From: the human T2T-CHM13v2.0 reference genome, Homo sapiens | Length of the DNA: 64,000 nucleotides | Strand: one strand, 5' to 3' | Assembly (NCBI RefSeq): GCF_009914755.1 | Contig: NC_060936.1 | Part shown: piece after piece, positions 36,730-53,825 of the stretch | How the letters are laid out: each line of letters starts with the position of its first letter | How positions within the stretch are numbered: the stretch's first letter is position 1 | The notes under the pieces: model-generated | Told to the model about the DNA's origin: nothing | The model's database searches: none | The model's input: the letters and a program-made list of their open reading frames with translations, nothing else | Made by a program: the position numbers and the translations under genes

Positions 36730-36868
36730 CGCGCTGTCCCCCGGAGGCGTCTGGGTGTGCGGAGCGCGCGCGCGCGCGGCTCGGAGGCGCACCTGTGAGG
36801 TGTCCCTGAGGAGAGGGAGGTGGGTGCGCGGCGCCCGCGGCCTGGGGCGCTGACTCCCCTCACTTGGA
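36730..36868 (+). other. ZNF664: ZNF664 non-coding exon 1 (5' boundary approximate)
   Basis: Donor TTGGA|gtgagt at 36868/36869, followed by the acceptor at 37401. Gene identity comes from the known head-to-head CCDC92/ZNF664 arrangement, not from protein sequence. Confidence 0.7.
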
Positions 36869-37401
36869 GTGAGTTCTCGGCGGCCGGGCTGCAGTCTTTC
36901 TTTCTTTCCCGGAGGGAGGCGGGGGCCGGGGGCCAGGGAGCGGGCTGGGGGTGGGAAGGAGGTGGAGTGGCTTAAAGAAAAGAAAAACAACCCATCCCGG
37001 AGGATGGGCCTCGGGATGGCGGGGAAGGTCAGAGCGGCTCCGCGCAGCCTGGCGGGTCCCGGGCTGAGAAGCCGCCCCTCGGGCCTCGGGCGGTCGGCCG
37101 CGGGCCCGCAGTGCGGGGGAGCGGGGCCGGGGGGCGCAGATGGCGGCCGGTGCGAGCGAGGGCTGGGCAGCGGGCAGGGCGAGGCCGGGCGAGGCCCCTC
37201 GGGAGCCGGACTCCCGAGCCAGGCTCCATTGTTGTTGGAGCCGAGGGAAGGGGGAGCGCTGCCGCCCTCGTCGCCCGTGGAGCCGCGTCTTGGAGCCCTT
37301 CCAGGCGGGTCCCGGGAGAGGCGGTCATGGCCGCGCCAGGGGACCGGGGAGCCGGGCGGCTGCGGAGGAGCCGGCTGCATGGGGTGCTGTGTGTTTTTCA
37401 G

Positions 37402-37536
37402 GGCGCCCTGCGTCCGGCAGAGGAGGCGAGCATCCCGCTCAGGTGATGAGGAACCCCTCGCGCACCCAGCGCAGAAGGCTGCTGCCGCCGGACGCCTCCA
37501 TTGTTTGACCACAACAAGGGCCGGATTCTCACCCAG
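37402..37536 (+). other. ZNF664: ZNF664 5'UTR exon 2 (135 nt)
   Basis: Acceptor gtgtgtttttcag|GG and donor CCCAG|gtaaac. Confidence 0.8.
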
Positions 37537-38952
37537 GTAAACCGGCTGCCGGCGCTGTCCACTTCCCTCTGACTCCCGCCTCCGCAGGCGTTCTCACCCC
37601 TTCCAGGACTCGACTGCAGTTTTCTCACTGTCCCCGGCTTCTCATGAACTCCGTATACCCCCTCCCAGACATTTTCCCGTCCGGATCCATCTCTCCGCCA
37701 CATCACCTCTCATTTCCCCCAGAACTCAGCTCCTTTGTGAAACCTTTCTTGCCGAACTCTAACAACTAAATCTCCCCGGGAGCCTGCTCCGAACTGAACT
37801 GTTCTGGTTGCTAGATTGCTTACGGGCTGTCTTATTGCAACAAAGGAGACCAGATACCGAAAAAAGATTTCTGAGCTATTGCCTTCTTCAAGGAACGTTT
37901 TCTGATATTTACAGTTTATTGTTTTCACAGGCTGGAACGGTTTTTAGGCATTTTGGCTTCTTATTTAGAGAGGGCTCCTATTTCCTTCATAGACGCATAG
38001 TTTTTTAGAGCAGGAAATTGACCTTGTTCAACCCGCAGGTTAATTAAAAATTTAAAAATTAATTCTAAATTAGCAGAGTAGTACATTTTCTTTGTAAAAA
38101 CAGCATATCACAGAGATGGCATTTTGTCTTTGACTATCAACCTCTGTCTTCAGGGATGCCGACTATTATGTGTGTGGTGTTTATCCTTCTAGATCTTTTG
38201 GAGTACTTTTACGTGTGTGCACTTAACATCATTTTTGACTGCTTTAACAAGGACTGTTGCACCGTAACTTTCAATGTTAGCATGTAATGCTTCAAGTCAT
38301 TTTTTAACAACTGCTGCACCATGTTCCATAGTTTCAGTATATCATGGTTTAGCCATTTCCCAAATTGATAGCAGTTTAAGTTTTAACTTTAAAACAGCTT
38401 TTTTGCTGGTGGTGGTTCTCTGATGAGATGAAATTTCGGTGATAGGAGCACAGATCTACGCTAATTATCGAGATTCGGCATTTATGATGAAGTTCTCTTT
38501 TGGTTAAGAAATTGATATGTGGAAGCAGCCACCCCTCCCCTATGGTAGTTCTGACTCTAGCAGTTAGAAGTTGTGTGACCTTGGGGAGGACATTGAATCA
38601 CACCAAACCTCGGTTTTCTTTTCTGTAAATGGCCTGCTCTGTCTGCTCCATAGAGTTCAGTGATACAGTGCGTATGTGTTGTGGAATGTAAAGTAGTATA
38701 TATAAAGGTTGGTTTTATTAGCCTTTGTGATCCAAAAATTATTTGCAATATCATTTATATTTTTTGACCAGATGTGTGTGTATCATATCACAGAGCACTA
38801 CAGATAGTCAACTTTGAATGCTTTTTAATTTGTGACTTTTTAAATTAATTTTTATCAAGTACTGACAATACATTAGTCTTCTTAACAATATTTTGCAAAG
38901 CATTTTTTCCTAGGGCTTTCTTTTCTTCCTCTTCATTAAAAAAAAAAAAAAA

Positions 38953-39231
38953 GAGAGAGAGATAGGGTCTCTTTCTGTTGCCGTGGCTGGAGTGTAGTGG
39001 CATGATTCTAGTTCACTGCAGCCTGGGACTCCTGGGCTCAAGTGATCCTTGTGCCTCAGCCTCCCCAGTAGTTAGGAATGACTACAACCATGTGCCACCA
39101 CACCTGGCTGATTTATTTTATTTTTGTAATGACAGGCTCTTACTATCTTGCCCCAACTGGTCTCAAACTCCTGGCCTAAAGCAGTCCTCCCAAAGTGTTG
39201 GGATTACAGGTGTGAGCCACTGTGCCCAGCC
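38953..39231 (-). mobile_element. AluJ-like
   Basis: Diverged dimer (agggtctc..., cactgcagcct, ctcctgggctcaagtgatcc). Confidence 0.88.
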
Positions 39232-39579
39232 CCTAGTGGTTTTACATACCTTAAAAAATAAGGCATATAAATTAGTTGACTGTGAATAAACATATTAGCA
39301 AACTGAACACTAGACAATACTCGCACTATAATATTTAAGCTTATTTCCTTAGAGTTGTAAGTTGTACATGTATTTTTCTGTGGCAGCAGCAGATTCAGAT
39401 TAGCTTTTATGTCCTTCAGGGAAAAGGGATTGTTACTAAATTTGCAGGCTGCATCAGAGTTTTAATATTGAGATTTAATATTTTAATCATTTGAATAATG
39501 ATTGAATGATGTGATGGGTAACATTTTAAGATGTATGAGATACGATTAGGGGCTTTTTATGTATTTTTCTTTCTTTCAG

Positions 39580-40190
39580 ATATATATGAGTGCCTGTAGT
39601 GTGGCCAGCAAAATCAACTTATTTTGTTCTCTTGAAGCTTATGATTTGTGAGGGGGATTGGAATTTAAACACAATCACAACTACACGTATGATCACAAAC
39701 TGGTATCTGCTGTGAAAGTTAAGAAGCACCTGCTATGAGGGAGTATAAAAAAGGGGAGACCAAATTTTAGAGTGGAGAGAAGGGGCCTAGGAAAGACTTT
39801 TCTGTATAAATAAGATTTAAGCTGAGATTTGAAGAGTGCGTAGGTGTTAGTGTGGAGGAAAGTGGGGGATAATTTTCCAGGCAGAGGAACAGCATGTGGG
39901 AAGGCCTCAAAGTGGGGAAAAAGCTTTGCCCATTCCAGGAACTGAAAGAATGAATGTGGATAGACTATGGAGGTGAAGGGGAAGAGTGGCTAGGCCAGGG
40001 GCCAGATCAAGTAGGGTCATGTAGGGCAGGTTAAAGTGGTTGTATTTTATCCCGAGTGAAATGGGAAACCATGATATGGGTTGGGATTTACGAAGAGGAG
40101 TGACATAATCAGATTTGTATCTTTAAACAGCCACTCTAGTCGTTGCATGCAAGATGTGGGGGCGTGTTGGGGGTGGAGAGTAGAAGTGGG
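39580..40190 (-). mobile_element. L2 fragment
   Basis: taagctgagatttgaag...ttccaggcagaggaacagcatgtgggaaggcc...gggaaacca...gagtgacataatcagatttg is typical antisense L2. Confidence 0.7.
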
Positions 40191-40320
40191 GAGACCAGGT
40201 TGGCCATCTCAGAGGGCTGCCTGGAAGAGACGTGAGCTTTCCCTTGGAATTCACATTGACCTCACGTTACCAGCTACACTAAGGTCAAATCAATGTTTGA
40301 TTAAAAAAAAAAAAGATCCT

Positions 40321-40634
<314 letters not shown>

Positions 40635-40639
40635 TTAAG

Positions 40640-44420
<3,781 letters not shown>

Positions 44421-44789
44421 TAGCTACATGGCAAATAGACATGAGCACTTTTTTTTTTGGTTAAAGCCAATGAATAAATTTGGAATTTACACTGAAAATG
44501 ATTGGGACCCATTGAAAACTTGTGAGTAGGGTAAGAACAATCCATTTTGCATTTTAGAAGGTTACATTAGAGTAGATAATGGATTAGAGGGAAGCAAGAC
44601 TGGAGGCTTTTGTAGAATTCCAGGGAAGATGATGGTGGCTTGAGTTAAGTTGAGACAATGCAGGTACACAGTGGAGAGTTTCCAGAGGTATTTGGAAGAG
44701 AGTGGCTAGACCTTTGTGATGGGGGGAAGTCAATGATATTGACTTGGGCAATTGAGGGGAGAGTGGACTCATTTACTATAGTTGGGAAT

Positions 44790-45176
44790 TGGCTATGGTT
44801 TGAATATTTGTCCCCTCCAAAACTCATGTTGAAACTTAATCCCCAATGTGACAGTGTTGAGAGGTGGGGCCTTTCAGAGGTTTGGCTCATGAGGGCAGAG
44901 CCATTCATAGATTAATGGGTTGTCATGGGAGGGGACCTGGGGGCTTTATAAAAAGAAAAGAGATCTGAGACAGCATGTTAACATGCTCAGCCCCCTCTCA
45001 TCGTGTGATGCCCTGTGCCGGCTCAGGGCTCTTTGGAGAGTCCCCACCAGCAGGAGAGCTGTCACCAGATGTGGTCCTGGGCTTTTTCAGCCTCCATAAC
45101 TGTAAGAGATAAATTTCTTCATAAATTATCCAGTTTCAGGTATTCTCTTGTAAGCAATAGAAAACAGATTAAGACA
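44790..45176 (+). mobile_element. MSTB-like MaLR solo LTR
   Basis: gctatggtttgaatatttgtcccctccaaaactcatgttgaaacttaatcccc...taagaca, with a 5-bp TSD GGAAT on both sides; inserted in an L2 relic. Confidence 0.87.
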
Positions 45177-46390
45177 GGAATATAGTAGGCTTTGGTGAGG
45201 AAGTGACTGATTCAGTTTTGGATGTACTTGAGTTTGAAGGTCTTATAGGACACATAGGTGTGTCACGAAGAGGATTTACAAAGAATAATTTTACAGTACA
45301 CATGTTTTGCTGTAAGAATGACTAGATACTATACATAGCTATGGTATTAAAATCAATATTTCTACATGGTAAATTTTTCTTGCAATATAGTTGTACTTCT
45401 GTAAATTGGGGCATATCTGTCTAGATAGACTGGACCATTGATATTTTTCACATAGAATTATTTGAGACTGCATGACCTCGACTTCAGATAATACCATGAT
45501 TGTCTTTGGGGTTCATTGGGTAGACTCTTGCCTCTCTGAGTGGGTGGTGGAGGTTCCTCTGGGCATTAGTGGTCCTTTTGTCAGTCATCCTGTTGTCAGA
45601 GTACACCTGACTTCTGGGAGTGATTTCTCTTCATCTTGGTAAACTGGTCCCTTCCACGTAGGGGCAGGCCAGGAAATAGGCAGAGTGGTGCCCTTTCATC
45701 CATGTGTGAGTGCCCACCTGGCTGTTAATAGTATGGCTGGAGCATGGGTACCTTGAAGGACAAGTGGAGAAAAGGTAGCGGAGAAAGTGCCTGCCAAGGT
45801 AACAGAAGTCATTAGAGAGGAAGGTAGATGTCTTCATCAGAGGTTGGGGCCCAGTCGCTGGGAAGTTGGCGGCAGTCAGTGTGGCTGTGCTCTTTGCCTT
45901 CATCTCCCAGGCTTCTCCTGCTCACTGTGTGTCTGCCCTATGCTTCTATGTGTGCCTGCCCTCCCCCTAATCTCTTCTCTCGCTTGGCAGTAAATAACAC
46001 GTGACCCCAGGTGGTCACTCTGGAAGGCCATTCTGAAACTCTAACTTCTGCCAGCTCACATCACAGACCCAGTCTTTCCACTTCCCACTTCCCAATTCCA
46101 AATTCTCTAGAAGGACAATCTGATTGGCTTAGCTTGGGTTCCACGCTCACCGTATCGGTTTTACTGTTGCAGCGCTTACAGGAGCAGATTCATTTAGTGT
46201 GAGCCTGGTGGACTGGCTAGAAGGGAGTGCAGACGAGGACACTCAGGAGAGACGTCCTGGAAGTTAGAAAGTTTCAAGAATGGACAGGAGCAGTAGTTTC
46301 AAACGGCCTAGAGATGTAATAAAGGGATCAGGAGTGAATCTTAGATTTAGCAAATTGAAGTCTTTCAGCCCAGGTTGAAAGTTGTGTCTA

Positions 46391-46680
46391 CTGGGCATGG
46401 TGGCTCATGCCTGTAATCCCAGCACTTTGAGGGGCCAAGGCAGGCAGATGGCTTGAGGCTGGGAGTTTGAGACCAGCCTGGGCAACATGGCAAAACCCCG
46501 TCTCTACCAAAAATACAAAAATTAGCCAGGCATGGTGGCACACACCTGTGGTTCCAGCTACTTAAGAGGCTGAGGTGGGAGCATCACTGGAAGGCAGGGC
46601 TGTAGTGAGCCATGATCACGCCACTGTACTCCAGCCTGGGTGACAGAGCGAGACCCTGTCTCAAAAAAATAAAAAAAGAA
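46391..46680 (+). mobile_element. AluJ-like
   Basis: Dimer with gagccatgatcacgccactgtactcc and gagaccctgtctc; flanked by aagttgtg repeats. Confidence 0.9.
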
Positions 46681-49600
46681 AGCAAGCAAGTTGTGCTACA
46701 GCTAATCCATGTGGGAGAGTCACAAGGTGGAACCAATGGCTATGATTACTCATTTGTAAGACACTGAAAGAAGAGAATTTTTAAAATACAATTTAATTTT
46801 GAAGATGTAGCAGAAGCATTCAAAATGTAATTTTAAAAATATAATTCGTATTGCTTTTTAACGCTAAAACATTTCTACACCTTTATTCTGATTCTGAAAT
46901 ACACAGTGTCTCTTGTGTCACTTGATACATTATAAGAAATTCAGTAAAGCTATTCTAGAACTCATTTATTTTTCATACCCCTGAAAGTTCATAAAATAAT
47001 CATAGGTTATTTCCATATCTTATTTTGCAGTGTGTTCTATGATATTGTGACAGAGCTTGTGAGGAAGCCTTTATAGCCAGAGCAGACCCCTGTCCCAAAG
47101 ATGATGAACTCTGCCACTTAGGTTAACAATACAACAGTTCATAGAAATAATTGGAACCATTTTTCTTCTGCAGAGTAAATCCTGTATGTCCCTCTGGCTT
47201 TCAAAATATCACTTTTGGATGTGTAGTTCAAATATGTTTAGGATTGAGCCTGATGGGGGTTTAAGAATATTTCATTGATTCAAAGTACTCGGTGTTGGCT
47301 AGAAAACATGTCAAGTTTCTCAGTTAACCGATGTTCAATAAATTACTTTTAATACTATAACTTTACATTGTGATAGGACTAGGACCTTGTGGTAAGCCTC
47401 CAGACTCACAGTTAGAATCAGAGAACCTGCACAAAGCGGGTTGCATGCATTTTCATGATGCTTGGCAACTAGAGGTAGTAACCCATTGTGACATTGATTT
47501 CAAGTCCTAACTCCTTAGTGTGAAGAGCCGAGGTTTCTGAGCAGGTGTTTGAGTGCCCTCTGGAGGCCTTGTGAACAGTTGAAATGTGGACTCCTAGCAA
47601 AGCTTTCTTTCACAGCCAGAGTTGAGAACCAGTGGGCGAGATGGTTGAAACTGGTGTGGATGTTAGGAGCAGAGGAGAGGGGAGATGGAACTCATGGGAA
47701 TGAACTAGTGTTTACAAGAGCTTGCCCGGCCAACTGATAATACTGGGTTTATGCAGTGAGTGTAGAACACAGAGGCCGTAGGGTCACAGAAGGAGCCAAG
47801 GGAGTGTGGCCAGTAATGTCCAGTGGGATAAAGAACAAAAAGTGCCCTTGGATTGGCCAAGAGAAGGCCGACAATGAGAGAGGAACCTCGGTGGTGTGGT
47901 GTTGGATTGAGGCATGAGTGGGAAGTGAAGCAATAGAAATCTGGAAAAATCAGTCTTTAAGAGGTCTGGATGGGGAAATGGAGGGTGGGGCCAGGGAGAC
48001 AGGGTAGCTAGAGAAGGCCTGGGATTAAATGCTGTTTTTCCTTAAGGTTGGGGGAGACTTCTGCATTGTGTTTAAATGCTGAAGGGAAGAAACAAGCACA
48101 GAAAGAAAACAGTTGAAAGGGGTGTGGGGGCCGGGGAGGAGGAGAGAGTTGGTTTCAAAGTTCTTTGCCTGGGAGATCTGTTGAGGGAAGAAGTTGCCTT
48201 TTATAGGGACTTTGAGTTTGTCAAAGTAGTGATTTTCAGTTTATCGTGGGATGATGGGGAAATAATTCTAGTAGGCAGTTGGAGATACAGGTAAGAAGAA
48301 AAGACTGTGTTAAGAAACTGTGGCATCATCATCATGGAAATGGTCATCATTCCAGCCAAGCAGGTAGTTGAGCTAAAAAATGGAGACAGGACATACTGTA
48401 TGGAGGACTCCTATATTTAGGCATAGGCATGTGAGATGGCAGACACAATCAGCAAGGCCAGAGGAAAAGTGAGAATGTGCAGGGAACTGGGAGCCGAGGA
48501 GACCGTAGACTAGGATTCAGGGTGAGGCAGGAGGAACGGCCCCAAGATTTGACTCTGAGAGCAGTTTTGTAGTGGGGGTGGGGGTACAGAATGGTGTGTG
48601 GGAGGTGCACACAGAAGGTATTATAGATGCTGTGGAGGAGCTCAGTAGTGAAAGTGAGAAGAGTGAATTGGTCTTAGTCGGGGGATGGCTCCAGAGAACA
48701 CATGTCACTTATCTGTGCATATGAAATTAGAGCTGTAATCAACAATGACTCTAGAAAGGATTATTTTTGCTTTTTTGTTTTTAACACCATCATCTCAGAA
48801 TATAAGATCTAAGTTTCATGTAACTTTTGTGCCACTTCCTACTCTTCTCAGATTGAGAATCTGACCAGAAGGAAGAAAATGTCTAGGTCTATTCATGACA
48901 TTTGAGGGAGTTCTTGCAGGAGAGAGTAAATGTGACTGATTTTTGATTTACTATTCTGACACACGTCAAATGTTAAATCCTTTAAATCTATGAGACCATT
49001 TGCTATCATAAATGACATTTTAAAAAACTTCTTGGTAAAACTAATAGTATGGCTAATAGAAGTTATTTGGCTTCACTTATTTAAAATATTTCGTTAAGAA
49101 AAGATAACAGATTCCTAATATCAGAAGTGGTAAAATAACTGTGTTTAAATCTGGGAGGTGGGATTTGACCTCTCACTTTAGACTGAGTGCCCAGTTTGAG
49201 CGGCCAGGCGTACAGTTTAAGCATACACTTATCCAAGGGGTGGAATGGCAGGTTCCAGCTTAGGCCCAAACACGTCCGCTGCTGTGGGACTGGTGCGAAG
49301 ATCTGTGAAGGCCTTAAGCCATTAAACTTTTGGAGGCCTTTACTATGTCATATCAAACATTAAATCACCCATGTCCCACATAAAATTAGCTTGTACAAAA
49401 CCATATGAGTTAAGCTTTGATTGGCTATAGACATTTAACATTTATTAACTTTAATTTTGCAATTTTCTTTTCATGTTTTGCATCCAGTAATGTTTTTTTT
49501 CAGATCTGAAACATTTACATAGGTCTTCGAGATGCTCATGAGCCTTAGGGACTGTGCCTATATACCTAGAGATAAGACATCCCAGTTCTGCTGGGAAGTG

Positions 49601-49727
49601 GACATTGGGTATGTCTAGGCATGTCTGGCGGGGGGCTGGAGGGGGTGGGCTTGCCCAGAATCTGTTTGTTTGTGGCACTGAGGCACCTCCTGGGAAAACT
49701 TCATCTTAAGGGGGAGTTGAAGGAAGT

Positions 49728-50330
49728 GTTTTAGTTAGGGATTTTTTGTTGCAAAGAACAGAGTTTCATTCAGACCACTTTCTGTACAAGGGGCTATATT
49801 GGAGGATGCATGTGGATCAGACCCATGAGGAACTCAGGCTGTCCAGAGACAAGCCACAGTCTTCCCATGGACAGTGAGGTCTCTCACGGCATCACTCATT
49901 TCTTTGTGTCTTTCTCCTCTTGCTGCCATCTGGCTTGTTTTTCCCTCCTCTGTATGTCTTTTCTAACCTTTTAGCTCCTCCTTGCTTATAGATTCTACTT
50001 CCTCATGAGTTTGGTTTGCTGTGATTTGATGACCTCCGCAGTCATTTTGCGGATCATAACCTCTCAGCTTCATCTCTCACAGCTGATAACCTCATTCTCT
50101 CAGTATTGCTTAGATTCCTGAGAGAGAGGGAATCTGATTTTGTTTTGCTTTTATTGTTGTTCCAAGCCACATCATATGTCAGAGTTAAGCTCTTGGGTCA
50201 GATGTCTGCACTTGGTCTCAGAAGTGGTCATGTGGCCGATGGCTGCCTGGGCCTACCCTTAAAGCTGAAGCAGTTCCCATTAGTAGGATTTGTAGGCTAG
50301 CAGGCACCATGATTGGCATGTATAGTTCAG
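49728..50330 (-). mobile_element. Old MLT1-type MaLR LTR fragment
   Basis: ttagttaggga...gttgcaaagaacagag start and gagagggaatctgatt motif. Confidence 0.5.
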
Positions 50331-51558
50331 TAAGGGAGGAAAAAACCTGGCCCAATATCAAGACCACTTGAAATTCCTCCAAATGTATTCCTGCCCTTTA
50401 AAATATTATCCTGCTAACAGCTTTCATTCTAAGTTGAACCTTTATTCCCACAGAGAAACTAAAATAGCTAAATGTGTTGAAAGCATTTTCACTTTTCCAT
50501 TTTCTTCCTGTTTTATTCAGTCTCTGACAGTGCAGGGCCACTCAGCATAGTCTACAGGACTCTATTTCTAATGTTAGTGATTTCTGCTGAAAATGATATA
50601 GCAACTTCAGATAGCTATTAGCAAGATGGATCATTCTAACCACATGCCTTTCACATAATCCTTTCCCCCAAAGCTCTGGGGAGCTGTAGAGGCATACTGT
50701 AATCCAGCACTGTCCCCAGATTGACAACAGCTAGAAAAACATGTAAATGTCCCATCCACATGTAGATACGGCAGCAGTGTGAACCTAAGTTCCTTAATAT
50801 ATCATAACTCCCAGGGGAAAGTGAAGTTCCCCAAACTTAAAGCTAGATCTTGAGATCTATACCTAAACTTCTCTGAACAATTATAGAATATAGCAGAGGC
50901 GGGGAGGTAGTAGATGGAATAAATAAAATAATGATAATGATAGCTTTGTTGAGCCCTTGAAATTTGCCAGGCAGTGTTTTAAGTACTTCTCATGGATTAA
51001 TTGATTTAATCCTTAAATTACCTTATCAGATCAGCTGCCTTTATTATCTCCATTAACTCATTCTTAACCTCCTAGGTGAAGGTTACACAGCAGGTATGCA
51101 GTAGGGCCAGGACATGAACTCACCCAGTCTGACTCCAGTTTGTGCTTCTTCAGTACCCTGAGAGACTGGAAAATCCGTGAAAAAACACTATTGATTGTTT
51201 ATTCCCTGGCATTTTAGCCAGTCTGAGTCAGTTATCTTATACCTATGAACCTTAAACTCATTTTGGATCTGGTTCCCATCACGAGGCTAATTGTGATAAT
51301 GGGATACCTATATCTTGGAGGGAAGTTGTGCAGAGTGCCTGGATTTTCCTTTCTGTGGTTTCTCAGATTTGCTCATCCCTTCTTTGGACCTCCATGCCTT
51401 GAATCCCATATATTTATATAAATCCCAGATGTAAATAGGTCTGTCCTATCTTCTGAGCTGGGACCCCACGTTTATAGTAGCTAGTTCATGAAAACATTTT
51501 GTGATCCTAAATTCTCTATAAATAAACCCATTTTTCTCTTTGCATTTCTCCCATCCAG

Positions 51559-51654
51559 CAGGATCCTAAGGCCTTTGTAGTCCTTCAGCCACTGTGGGCC
51601 CTGCCTCTGCCTGTTCTTCTGGAATGTCTTGGGGGTTTTGATCCTGTCACTGTG
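51559..51654 (+). other. ZNF664: ZNF664 5'UTR exon 3 (96 nt; NAGNAG acceptor)
   Basis: Long pyrimidine tract tttttctctttgcatttctcccatccag|CAG|GAT and consensus donor GTG|gtaagt. Confidence 0.75.
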
Positions 51655-53585
51655 GTAAGTTTTCCCCTTGTTTCACCATTTGTCCTAGATGGAGAATCCC
51701 CCTTGAGTATTTTAAGCCAAAGCTGTCTCTAGAATTTTTTCTGAGCATGTGCCCTTTGGGCTCAGTGAGGAAGCAGCTCTCCGTGCACGCTCTTCCTGAC
51801 CTCTCGCCTTTATCTGGCATTGGATTCCCCAGATCTTGGACCACCTTCCTTACTCTAAAGATGTCAGAAACATTTTTGTCCAACTCTTTTTGTTCCCTGG
51901 GATCTTCATTTTCTTCTTTCCATGTGAACCATTGGTTATTAAAACTTTGTTTCAGTTGTCCCATTTTCTTCTGCCATCTTGGAGGCCTTACATGGATTCT
52001 AGATCTCATGCCACCCTTTGTCTTTTTCTTCTGTTGTTCCTATCCTCACCGAGCTATCAAAACTTTTTAAAAGCTCGGTTGCTTTGTAAATTTCTGGTGT
52101 TTTTTTTTTCCCCAACGTCTGAATAATAGCTTTTTCCTTAAATATGAGTTCCTGAAAATCTTCTTACCTGAGGATTATGGTTTCACATTGATCTGTGCAG
52201 ACTTGATTCTGAGTGTCATTGTGTTCCCAGCACAACTATTTTTTTACTTTGTTTTCTCTTTGGATTTGTTCTTTTTTAAAGATTTTTTTTTCCCTTCTTT
52301 GGCTCAACTCAAGAAGGCAACATATATAGGACAGGTATTTGTTTATCTTTATTTGGTCATTGCTGAAATCCAGAATACTCCAGTTGAGCATACAGTCTAG
52401 ATCTCTGTGATTCACAGACATCATGAAATTGTATGTTATTTCCATGCATAGCTGGGCAGGAAGAGAAAGGAAAGCCCTTGTCTTGATAGCTGCTGGCTTC
52501 TGGGGGCATGAGCTTCTTGTCATTTCCCCTGCTGCCAGAGGCTGGTTTCTCAGGCCCTGGGCTTCTGCCTTCCCAGACTTCACTTTCCCATGCAACAAGG
52601 AGGATTGGCTGTGGGAGGTAAAGGATATTGTGTTGGCCTCTGTCCTAGTGGGTCTAGTGACTGTGCGTTGTTAGAAGGCTAAGCCTATGTAGATGTGTGA
52701 TGTCTTTTCTTTTTCCTGGCTGTATGTGGCTAGAGTGGTAAGGCTGGGGCTGCCCCTGAACGGAAAGGTCTTGACCACCTCTCTTCCTTTTCTCTCTTTT
52801 CCCATGTGCTGGATTGGTTTCCAGGTGACTGACCTATTTAGAAGTGGGGGCAAGTGGACCCTGGCACAAGGGCAAATGTTCTCTCTTCTCTCTCTCTTTC
52901 TGGCTGCATTATCTCCTGTGCTGATTTGGGTAACCTCGGCCAGTCTTTATCGTGAGTGGTAAGACCAAAGAGTCATGTCTAATATTTTATGAATTCCTTT
53001 TCATTCCCGTATGCGCTTTGGTCCCAGTTTAAGATTGCCACTAATGTAGGGAAAAGGAGTTCTCCATGTGATCCAGCCTACCTTATGGAATGCTGCATTG
53101 GAAATTGGATTCACAGGCCCAGCTAATAATGAAGTGTTCTGTATTTTCAGTTCAGTCCTGTGTACATGTCCATCTAGGGTACCTAGAAGTTAGGGGTGTT
53201 TGCTGAGCCCACTGGCCAGATTTGCTATTAGCCATTAATAACATACATTTTCAGAACAGTACTGGATCAACCTCCAGTGCCAGTCCTACAAGATCAAAAG
53301 CCTGAAGGCCAGAGTTCTGCATAATTTGTTGTGACCATTCCCTGGCCCTCTCTGAGAGTATAGTGGCAATAAATTTCTGTCCATCCATGCAGATACTGAA
53401 TTCTATTCTTAGGATTCTCATCATCTCTGTTGATTTTTGGCTGTAAGAGGTCACCTGCTCTTGCACTTTGTGCTTCCTGAATGAGCCTACTCAAAAATCT
53501 CTCTCCCTTGCTTGCTTTGGTTTGCCAGACAATACATGTTACGAATTGTGACCCAGGTATAAAAATAGCCAGACTCTTGATGTAC

Positions 53586-53825
53586 TTAAGAATAGTCACA
53601 TTCATGGAGTCAAGAAAGTAGAATGGTGGTTACTGGGGCTGGGGGAGAGGTAAAAGGGGAGTTGTTATTGAATGGGGACAGAGTTTGTGTTGCAAGATGA
53701 AAAAGCTCTGGAGATCTGTTTCACAACAGTGTGTATATATGTAACACTACTGAACTGTGCACTTAAAATGGTTAAGATGGTAGATTTTATGTTATGTGTT
53801 TTTTTACCACAATTTTTAAAAATGC
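53586..53825 (+). mobile_element. L1MB-type 3' end
   Basis: gaaagtagaatggtggttactggggctgggggagagg...ttgcaagatgaaaaagctctggagatctgtttcacaaca...actgaactgtgcacttaaaatggttaagatgg. Confidence 0.85.

Larger units (their letters stand above)
35470..37620. promoter_or_regulatory. CpG island / bidirectional promoter of CCDC92 (-) and ZNF664 (+)
   Basis: About 2.1 kb of very GC- and CpG-dense sequence with many GC boxes. NRF1-like GCGCATGCGT at 36673-36682 and YY1-like AGATGGCGGC at 37138-37147. Divergent splice donors on each side. Confidence 0.93.

Noticed and set aside
35459-37706. Many long overlapping ORFs (up to 371 aa) on both strands
   Set aside because: Low-complexity P/G/A/R translations expected from stop-poor CpG-island DNA. 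They have no domain and cross known splice sites.
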